From contig OY969424.1 of assembly GCA_963699235.1 (NCBI GenBank), positions 20,311-84,310 of the forward strand: a stretch of 64,000 nt of DNA. Direction: 5' to 3'. The stretch is from an uncultured Chloroflexia bacterium. Lineage in GTDB: Bacteria > Chloroflexota > Limnocylindria > QHBO01. Shown one piece after another: positions 57,379 to 64,000 of this stretch; the stretch's first letter is position 1, and each line of letters starts with the position of its first letter. The notes under the pieces were generated by a model. It saw only the letters and a list, made by a program, of their open reading frames with translations. It did no database searches and had not been told where the DNA came from. Both the position numbers and the translations under genes were made by a program.

Positions 57379-58196
57379 CACGGGCGGCGGTGAACCCGCG
57401 TACCCGCTTCCCGCAGGAGGCGAAGGATCTCGGCGTGGTGCGGCTCGGGAGCAGCCACGATGCTTAGGACCGCTGTGTCGCGCTTGGGCTGCCACCACGG
57501 TCCGCCGGCCACGTTGGTGACGGTCGCGCCGCCGCGCTCGGCGATGAATCCGGCCGCCGCCACGTCCCAGCGCGACAGGCCGCCGTTCTGGACGAAGGCA
57601 TCGAACCGCCCGGCACCGACCGATGCCAGGGAGAGCGCCGCACTGCCCATCCGGCGGTGGATCCGGATCTCGGGCGCGATCTTGCGTTCGCGCGACAGGC
57701 CGCCTCGGCCGAGGATGGCGAGGCTCACCACACAGTCGCCGAGGGCCTCTTTCGAGGATGCCTTCGCGAGGGACCCGTTCAGGCGGGCGGCTGCCTGGGC
57801 GGTGGCGGTGTACAGGTCGCCGCGGAGCGGATCGAAGACGACGCCGAGAACGGGCACCAGGTCTTCGATGAGCGCGATCGACACGCAGAAGTAGGGGATC
57901 CCGTTGGCGTAGTTCACCGTACCGTCGAGGGGATCGATCGCCCACCACCGCCGCGCGCCGTCGGGGCCGCCGACCCGGTCCGCGCCGGCCTCCTCGGCCA
58001 GGATCCCATCCTCCGGGAAGCGGCGCCGGATCCGCTTCGCGATGAGGGCCTCGGAGCGGAAGTCGACGTCGGTGACGACGTCGCGCCGGCTCTTGTGCCG
58101 GACCCGGCCCACCCGGCCGTAGGACTCGAGGATGAGCGTCCCGGCTGCTCGCGCCAGGCGGACCGCGAACTCGAGCTCCTCGGCGTACCGACTCAC
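57378..58196 (-). CDS. Inositol monophosphatase family protein (SuhB-like)
   Basis: DVVTDVD, AEE, WAIDPLDGTVNY, RMGSAAL, SRWDVAAA. Confidence 0.9.
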   Translation of the reverse strand: MSRYAEELEFAVRLARAAGTLILESYGRVGRVRHKSRRDVVTDVDFRSEALIAKRIRRRFPEDGILAEEAGADRVGGPDGARRWWAIDPLDGTVNYANGIPYFCVSIALIEDLVPVLGVVFDPLRGDLYTATAQAAARLNGSLAKASSKEALGDCVVSLAILGRGGLSRERKIAPEIRIHRRMGSAALSLASVGAGRFDAFVQNGGLSRWDVAAAGFIAERGGATVTNVAGGPWWQPKRDTAVLSIVAAPEPHHAEILRLLREAGTRVHRRP

Positions 58197-58238
58197 TCCG
58201 GCATGCTAGCCGGTGCCCCGACCGGCTAGGCTTGGTTC

Positions 58239-58974
58239 ATGCCGCAGATCCACCTCCACGCCGAGCCCGGCGACTACGCGCCGCTCGTCCTCCTCCCCGG
58301 CGACCCAGGGCGGGCGACGATGATTGCGTCCCGCTTCGACGGCGGCCTCGAGGCCGCCCGACTGGTCACCGAGCACCGGGGATTGCTGGGCTACACCGGG
58401 ACGGTCAACGGCCGCCCGGTCAGCGTCCAGACCACCGGGATGGGCGGCCCATCCATCGGCGTCGTGGGCGAAGAGCTGATCCGGCTGGGGGGTCGGCAGC
58501 TGGTGCGCGTCGGGACGACCGGTGCGCTGCGTAGCCGACATCGGCCTGGGCGACCTCATCATCGCCACCTCGGCGACGCCGATCGACGGCACGGTGGCGA
58601 CGTTCATGGGCGGCAGGCCGTATGCCCCGGCGTCGGACTTCGCCCTGACCCATGCCCTGGTCCACGCCGCGGAACAGCTCGAGGTCCCTCACCACATCGG
58701 GCCCATCGCCAGCATCGACGTCTTCTCGCACTACCACCCCGATCCACAGTTCGTCCGCCCGTGGCGCGACGCCGGGATCCTCTGTGTCGAGATGGAGGCC
58801 AGCGTCCTGTTCTATCTGGCTGCGACGAAAGGAGTCCAGGCCGCGTGCCTGGGGGTGGCGGTGGACATCGACTCGGGCGAGGAGAACCAGGAGCACACGT
58901 ACCTGAGCGCCGAGGAGCTGGCGGCGGCCGTCGAGCGGATGATCGACGTCGCCTTCACCGCCGAGATCGGCTAG
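58239..58974 (+). pseudogene. deoD: DeoD-type purine nucleoside phosphorylase with +1 frameshift at about 58533 (or assembly error)
   Basis: LPGDPGRA, RGLLGYTG, TGMGGPS, RVGTTG in one frame; GDLII, SIDVF, VEMEAS in the next; joined length about 244 aa. Confidence 0.8.
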
Positions 58975-59234
58975 CTGGCGGTCCTCATTCGGTCGCGGAT
59001 CGGCCCGTAGACGGCGAGGAGCAGGATGGCGCCGATCGAGGCGCCGATGAACCCGCCCGGGCGGAGCTCGAACCCCTCCCCCAGCAGGACGCTGAACAGC
59101 GTGCCGCCGACCACCGAGCCGGCGAGGCCGACGATGAACAGTTCGAGGGGGGTGAAGCCGCGGCGGGCGCCGACGACGCGGTTGGCGACCCAGCCAGCGA
59201 CGATGCCGATGATGATGATGGCGATGAAGATCAT
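58971..59234 (-). CDS. GlsB/YeaQ/YmgE (transglycosylase-associated) small membrane protein
   Basis: IIGIVAGWVA, VGLAGSVVGG, IGASIGAILLL. Confidence 0.85.
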   Translation of the reverse strand: MIFIAIIIIGIVAGWVANRVVGARRGFTPLELFIVGLAGSVVGGTLFSVLLGEGFELRPGGFIGASIGAILLLAVYGPIRDRMRTAS

Positions 59235-59261
59235 GGACGCTCAGGATACCGTGGGCACCGT

Positions 59262-59822
59262 TCACTCTGCCCGCTTCAGGACGAGCGGAGCCGGGCAGAA
59301 GCCGCCGGGGTCTGGGCATCGTGGCCCGCTGACGCCCGGCTCGCGGTCTTCGCGCAGGAGGATCTCACCCGAGTCGTCGAACTCGACGAACATTCGGAGC
59401 GCGGAGTACGGGGTGATACCGCACGGACATTGCACCAGGTAGAGAATCTCCCCGGTGATGATGTAATCGGACCCCATTCGCCCGGCGAGGCTCTGAACGT
59501 GGTCCGGCCGCGGGTCGAGACTCCCCGCCGGCGGCACATCCTCGATGTGGCCGGCGCCCCACACGCAATCCCCTTCGGTGCGGATGTACCACGTCATGAG
59601 GGGGGCGGCGGTGCCAACCTCGGCCCACGTCCCGTCAAGGACCACTCGCTCTCCATCTGGGCTGCTCAAGTTGATGAGCTCACACCCGGGAGGGAGGTTC
59701 GCGGCACCCTCCTCCGATCCGCTGGGGGAGGGCGTGGCGGATGAAGGCGTTGTGGTCGGCGAGGAGCAGGCCGCGAGCAGGAAGACGCTCAGGATGCCGA
59801 CGGCGACGGGGCGGGCACGCAT
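59262..59822 (-). CDS. Lipoprotein, Cys-patterned paralog family (L3)
   Basis: Lipobox LLAAC; LPPGC..INLSSPDGERVVLDGTW...GDCVW...GPRCPDPGGFCPAPL. Confidence 0.8.
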   Translation of the reverse strand: MRARPVAVGILSVFLLAACSSPTTTPSSATPSPSGSEEGAANLPPGCELINLSSPDGERVVLDGTWAEVGTAAPLMTWYIRTEGDCVWGAGHIEDVPPAGSLDPRPDHVQSLAGRMGSDYIITGEILYLVQCPCGITPYSALRMFVEFDDSGEILLREDREPGVSGPRCPDPGGFCPAPLVLKRAE

Positions 59823-59911
59823 CACGGGCGAGCATACGGGAGGCAGTGGCTGCGCGGAATCCCTTGGCTTGACGGCGACCATCGGCTCTTGAACAGGAGG
59901 CGCCCGGACCG

Positions 59912-60290
59912 ATGACCAAGACCAAGCCTGCTCCCGCGGCCGAGACGACCGACTTCCTGCCCCTCAAGGGCATCGATCACGTCGAGTTCTGGGTCGGCAA
60001 CGCGAAGCGGGCCGCCCACTACTCCCGGACGCGATGGGGCTTCACGCCAGTTGCCTATGCGGGGCTCGAGACCGGCGTCAGGGATCGGTCCAGCTTCGTG
60101 CTCGTCCAGAACGACATCCGCTTCGTGTTCACCGCGCCCCTAAAGCCCCGAGGGCGAGGTCGCGGAGCACGTTCGAAAGCATGGCGACGGGGTCAATGAC
60201 ATTGCCTTCGCGGTGGACGACGTCACGTCAGCCTGGCGCGAGACGACCGCGCGCGGGGCGGTCTCGGCCCTCGAGCCGACCGCGCCGGCT
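59912..60290 (+). pseudogene. hppD: Truncated, frameshifted 5' duplicate of hppD
   Basis: First ~125 codons clearly homologous to 61525ff; +1 in CCCC run 60146-60149; homology stops at the L4 stop codon. Confidence 0.88.
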
Positions 60291-60855
60291 AGTCGATTCG
60301 ACGCAAGAGCAGCGGGCTCAAGCAGAAGATGCTCGGATCGAGGCACCGAGGCCCCTCGGCGCCAGGCTCGCGGTCTTCATGCAGGGTGACCTCGCCGGCA
60401 TCGTCGAACTCGATCAGGAACCGGATCGGTGCGTAGATCGGGTTCCCGGACCCAAACCCATCCCCCTGCGGGCCCAGGAGCAGGATCTCGCCCTCGATCG
60501 TGTAGTCGCTTCCAATTGTCCCCGCGAAGGTCTGGATGCTGAGCAAACCGAGAGCGCCGTCGGGGACCTCGTCGGTTGCCCCAGCGCCCCACACGCAATC
60601 GCCCAGATCCCGGATCCACCAGGTCCGCGGATCGGCCTCCTCGACCGCATCTTCTCGCCACGTCCCGTCAAGATCGATGCGCTCCCCGTCTGACGAGGCC
60701 AGATCGATCGGCTGGCAGCCCGGTGGGAGGGCTCCTTCCTGCACAGTCGAGGCCCGCACCGATGGCGCGGGCGTGACGGTCGGCTGCGGAGTGCCGGTGC
60801 AGGCGCCAACGCTGGCGAGCGCGAGCAGACCAATGACGAGCGGACGGACGCGCAT
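60289..60855 (-). CDS. Lipoprotein, Cys-patterned paralog family (L4)
   Basis: Lipobox SVGAC; LPPGCQPIDLASSDGERIDLDGTW...GDCVW...GPRC. Confidence 0.8.
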   Translation of the reverse strand: MRVRPLVIGLLALASVGACTGTPQPTVTPAPSVRASTVQEGALPPGCQPIDLASSDGERIDLDGTWREDAVEEADPRTWWIRDLGDCVWGAGATDEVPDGALGLLSIQTFAGTIGSDYTIEGEILLLGPQGDGFGSGNPIYAPIRFLIEFDDAGEVTLHEDREPGAEGPRCLDPSIFCLSPLLLRRID

Positions 60856-60858
60856 CGG

Positions 60859-61434
60859 CTACGGCTCGATCGGCCGGAGGACGAGCGGGGCCGGACAGAA
60901 GCCGGCCGGGTCGGGGCAGCGTGGTCCTCGGACGGCCGGGTCACGGTCCTCGCTGAGGAAGATGGCACCCTCAGCGTCCCAGTCGATCTCCATCAGGAGC
61001 GGCGAGTACCGAGGTGGATTGCCCGGCGCGCCCAGCGGAGTACCGCCCAGCCAGAGGATCTCGCCGGTGATGACGTAATCGGAGCCGATCCGTCCCGACA
61101 GGCTCTGGACCTGGTCGTGACGGGCCTCGATCGTTCCTCCTGCCGCGGGCTCATCGACACTGCCGGTTGCCCACACACAGTCGCCCACGGTGACGATCCA
61201 CCACGTCATGAGGTGGCCGGCCTCCGCGTCCTCGACCCAGGTTCCGTCCAGGACGACGCGTTCGCCGTCCGGGCTGCGCAGGTCAATCGTCTCGCAGCCG
61301 GGGGGAAGATTCCCGGTCTGCTCGATGGGGTCGCTCGCTGATGGCGAAGGCGTCACGGTTGGCGAGGGGCTGCTGGTGCAGGCAGCGACTCCCACGAGGA
61401 CGAACAGGCCCACGGCGGCCGGACGGGCGCGCAT
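60859..61434 (-). CDS. Lipoprotein, Cys-patterned paralog family (L5)
   Basis: Lipobox GVAAC; LPPGCETIDLRSPDGERVVLDGTW...GDCVW...GPRCPDPAGFCPAPL. Confidence 0.8.
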   Translation of the reverse strand: MRARPAAVGLFVLVGVAACTSSPSPTVTPSPSASDPIEQTGNLPPGCETIDLRSPDGERVVLDGTWVEDAEAGHLMTWWIVTVGDCVWATGSVDEPAAGGTIEARHDQVQSLSGRIGSDYVITGEILWLGGTPLGAPGNPPRYSPLLMEIDWDAEGAIFLSEDRDPAVRGPRCPDPAGFCPAPLVLRPIEP

Positions 61435-61524
61435 GAGTGGAGCATACGAGAGGGCGAGCGGCGAGCGGAAGCGCGTGGACGGACGGCGTACCATCGGTCC
61501 CTGAAGAGGGAGGCGCCCGAACCG

Positions 61525-62652
61525 ATGGCCACGACCAAGCCGGCCCCCACGGCCGAGACGACCGACTTCCTGCCCCTCAAGGGCATCGACCACGTCGAGT
61601 TCTGGGTCGGCAATGCGAAGCAGGCCGCGCACTACTTCCGGACGTTGTGGGGCTTCACACCGGTGGCCTACGCCGGGCTCGAGACCGGCGTGCGGGATCG
61701 ATCGAGCTTCGTGCTGGTCCAGAACGACATCCGCTTCGTGTTCACTGCCCCGCTCACGCCTGATGGCGAGGTGGCGGAGCACGTCCGGAAGCACGGCGAC
61801 GGGGTGCACGACATCGCGTTCTCGGTGGACGACGTCGCATCCGCCTGGCGCGAGACCACGGCGCGCGGGGCCGTATCGGCCCTGGATCCGACCGAGTCGC
61901 CGGGCGATAAGGGCGTGTTGCGGACATCCGCCATCCATACGTACGGCGAGGTGATCCACACCTTCGTGGACCGATCGGACTACGCCGGCACGTATGCCCC
62001 CGGCTTCCATCGGATCAAGGACCCGGCGCCGGCGGCCACCGGCCAGACCCTTGAGATGATCGACCACTGCGTCGGGAACGTGGCCCTGGGCGACATGAAT
62101 CGGTACGTGGACTTCTACCGGGAGGTGCTGGGCTTCAGCCAGCTCGTGCACTTCGACGACAACGCGATCCATACCGAGTACAGCGCCCTCATGAGCAAGG
62201 TCATGCAGAACGGGGACGGGCGGATCAAGTTCCCGATCAACGAGCCCGCCGAGGGCAAGCGGAAGAGCCAGATCCAGGAGTTCCTCGACTACTACCTCGA
62301 CGCGGGCACCCAGCACATCGCGCTGCTGACGACCGACATCGTTGGGACGGTCCGCGCGCTCCGCGGCCGGGGAGTCGAGTTCCTCGGCCTGCCGCACGAG
62401 TACTTCGCGGCGCTCCCGGACCGGGTCGGCGACGTGGGCATCCCGATCGACACCCTGGAAGAGCTGGGAATCGAGGCCGACCGTGACGAGGAGGGCTACC
62501 TCCTCCAGATCTTCACCAAGCCGATCCAGGACCGCCCGACGTTTTTCTTCGAGATCATCGAGCGCCACGGCTCACGGGGGTTCGGGCTTGGGAACTTCAA
62601 GGCCCTGTTCGAGGCGATCGAGCTGGAGCAGGAGAAGCGCGGCAACCTCTGA
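61525..62652 (+). CDS. hppD: 4-hydroxyphenylpyruvate dioxygenase
   Basis: IDHCVGNV, HTEYSALMSKV, IKFPINEP, SQIQEFL, QHIAL, LLQIFTKP, FFEIIER, FGLGNFKALFEAIE. Confidence 0.97.
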   Translation: MATTKPAPTAETTDFLPLKGIDHVEFWVGNAKQAAHYFRTLWGFTPVAYAGLETGVRDRSSFVLVQNDIRFVFTAPLTPDGEVAEHVRKHGDGVHDIAFSVDDVASAWRETTARGAVSALDPTESPGDKGVLRTSAIHTYGEVIHTFVDRSDYAGTYAPGFHRIKDPAPAATGQTLEMIDHCVGNVALGDMNRYVDFYREVLGFSQLVHFDDNAIHTEYSALMSKVMQNGDGRIKFPINEPAEGKRKSQIQEFLDYYLDAGTQHIALLTTDIVGTVRALRGRGVEFLGLPHEYFAALPDRVGDVGIPIDTLEELGIEADRDEEGYLLQIFTKPIQDRPTFFFEIIERHGSRGFGLGNFKALFEAIELEQEKRGNL

Positions 62653-62658
62653 GCGGCG

Positions 62659-63216
62659 CTATGGCTCGGTTCGGCGGAGTTCGAGGGGCTCTGGGCACGG
62701 GCCATCGCCACCGAAGCAGCCGGGCGGGCCAGTGTTCGTCCGATCCTCGACCAGGACCATGTCTTCGCCCTCGAAGGTGACCCGGAGAACGGCGTCGCCG
62801 TGGTCGTAACCCGGGATGAGCTGGCCGGTCATGTCGGCGAACGTCCCGACGATCAGAAAATCCGAGCCCAGCCGCCCGTGGAATGTCGAGAGGAACGGCG
62901 GCTCGCCGTCTCCGATGGCCACGTGGCCGACGATCCAGACGCAGTCACCGATCTGCCGCAGGTAGGACACCATGTCCGAGCCCCCGTCCCAAGTAGAGGT
63001 GCCTCCCGGCCCGTCGCCCAGGACCACCTGCTCGCCATCGGGACCGATAAGGCTCGGCGTTACGGATACATCGCAGCCCGTCGACCCGGCAGCGCCGTCA
63101 CTCGGCCTGGCTGAAGGACCGGCCGATTCCGCGGGCGCGGAAGGGGAGCATGCGGCGAGGAGCACAAACCCGAGCACCATGGCGACCCGGCGGGCGCGGG
63201 TCGGGACGAGCGGCAC
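62659..63216 (-). CDS. Lipoprotein, Cys-patterned paralog family (L6)
   Basis: Lipobox LLAAC; GPDGEQVVL...LRQIGDCVW...GRLGSDF...C-x6-CPEPL; GTG start 6 nt after CACACT. Confidence 0.75.
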   Translation of the reverse strand: MPLVPTRARRVAMVLGFVLLAACSPSAPAESAGPSARPSDGAAGSTGCDVSVTPSLIGPDGEQVVLGDGPGGTSTWDGGSDMVSYLRQIGDCVWIVGHVAIGDGEPPFLSTFHGRLGSDFLIVGTFADMTGQLIPGYDHGDAVLRVTFEGEDMVLVEDRTNTGPPGCFGGDGPCPEPLELRRTEP

Positions 63217-63260
63217 GCAGACAGTGTGACCGGGCCCGGAGCCTGCCGTCGAGGGGCACA

Positions 63261-63296
63261 AGGCAGGTCACGGCAGGTCACGGCGGGTCACGGCGG
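63261..63296. repeat. 10-bp tandem repeat (A/C)GGC(A/G)GGTCA x3 plus a partial copy
   Basis: aggcaggtca cggcaggtca cggcgggtca cggcgg. Confidence 0.7.
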
Positions 63297-63800
63297 ACCG
63301 TCCACCCGTCTCATCGTTGCAGCGTAGTAGCTGCACGGGTCGTCTTCGAAGATCTCTGTGGTGAGCTGGATCTCGCCGTCGTCCCCGAACTCGATCTGGA
63401 AGTTGGCGGGACAGTTTCGCGGGGCGTGGAGCTCGGCGGTGAAGATCTCCGACCACTCGCCGCTGAGTGTGAAGTCGGGGGCGATGTGGCCGCTGAAGGT
63501 GAGGAGCCACGCACTGCCCAGATCGTCGCCCGGCCAGCTGCTGAATCCGACCCACCAGACGCAATCGTCGTGTTGGCGAGCTTCGTGGAACGTCACGCCG
63601 CCCTGCCAAGCCCCGGTCAGATCGACCTCCTCGCCGTCCGGTGACCGCAGGTCCACCGGGTGACAGCCCTGGCCGACCGCCGCTTCGGAGGGCGCCGGCG
63701 ACCCGGATGATCCGGGCTCAACGGACGAAGCGGGCGAGCGGCAGCCGGCGAGGATGACGACGGCGAGGATGCAGCCGAGCCCGAGAAGCGTTCGCGGCAT
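63288..63800 (-). CDS. Lipoprotein, Cys-patterned paralog family (L7)
   Basis: Lipobox ILAGC; GCHPVDLRSPDGEEVDLTGAW...ARQHDDCVW...IEFGDDGEIQL. Confidence 0.78.
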   Translation of the reverse strand: MPRTLLGLGCILAVVILAGCRSPASSVEPGSSGSPAPSEAAVGQGCHPVDLRSPDGEEVDLTGAWQGGVTFHEARQHDDCVWWVGFSSWPGDDLGSAWLLTFSGHIAPDFTLSGEWSEIFTAELHAPRNCPANFQIEFGDDGEIQLTTEIFEDDPCSYYAATMRRVDGPP

Positions 63801-63896
63801 GGCGGCGATTCTTGCACGCCGCCCCACTCTCCCGACCGGGTGAGGTCCCCTTGGGCATTCGGCCCCGCGAACGTCCGGATTCAGCCGTGAAGACCG

Positions 63897-63931
63897 GGCA
63901 GGACGCCCGCCGCGAAGGCGGGCGTCCTGCC
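63897..63931. terminator. Perfect 15-bp GC stem-loop, probable terminator of the incoming minus-strand gene
   Basis: GGCAGGACGCCCGCC-GCGAA-GGCGGGCGTCCTGCC. Confidence 0.65.
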
Positions 63932-63956
63932 GTGGCGCGATCCCCGAGAAGGCGCC

Positions 63957-64000
63957 TCAGGGCACGTCGAACTCGAGGCTGTTCACGACCTCCGTGGAGC
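63957..64000 (-). CDS. 3' end of an unidentified gene (…STEVVNSLEFDVP*)
   Basis: Open frame with typical codons ending in TGA at 63957-63959, followed by the hairpin. Confidence 0.4.
   Translation of the reverse strand, partial: STEVVNSLEFDVP

Noticed and set aside
58515-58545. Programmed ribosomal frameshifting in deoD (or the deacetylase)
   Set aside because: No slippery heptamer, hungry-codon/stop context with internal SD, or downstream stimulatory structure recognised; error or mutation is simpler
63261-63296. CRISPR array
   Set aside because: 10-bp units with no spacers; no cas genes; no other repeat-spacer structure in the window
56797-63800. Diversity-generating retroelement, integron or invertase-driven shufflon as the source of lipoprotein diversity
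   Set aside because: No reverse transcriptase, integrase or recombinase in the window; no near-identical template/variable repeat pair differing at adenines; no attC-like sites recognised

Overview
A 64-kb, roughly 70% GC, densely coding stretch of bacterial chromosome. Gene content and style suggest Chloroflexota, possibly Limnocylindria (inference, not a database result). I found no rRNA, tRNA, CRISPR array, transposase, integrase or reverse transcriptase. Housekeeping and catabolic genes dominate: argS, ftcD, tdh-kbl, pyrD, fumC, thyX, csaA, three aldehyde dehydrogenases, a class-III aminotransferase with a two-subunit CoA-transferase, a leucine-degradation cluster (MCC beta, hydratase, MCC alpha, HMG-CoA lyase), a nucleoside hydrolase with a dedicated ECF importer, deoD and hppD. 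The most unusual observations are: (1) an excisionase/MerR-like HTH domain fused in frame to the biotin-dependent carboxylase alpha subunit; (2) a seven-member, diversified family of Cys-patterned lipoproteins, six of them between 56.8 and 63.8 kb, associated with a tandem duplication that left a decayed hppD fragment; (3) a perfect inverted pair of DnaA boxes upstream of thyX; (4) tandem J-domain proteins with an FGRY-x-G/DPDYLxW tail; (5) more than 20 genes with a TAnnnT -10 box 6-9 nt before the start codon (leaderless), plus three genes whose conserved N-termini have no ATG/GTG/TTG (ACG or CTG starts); (6) several apparently degenerate enzymes (GGDAF, a PIG-L protein, an asymmetric ECF ATPase pair). 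Caveat: three single-base frameshifts and the odd start codons could partly be assembly errors. All family assignments come from motif recognition by eye.
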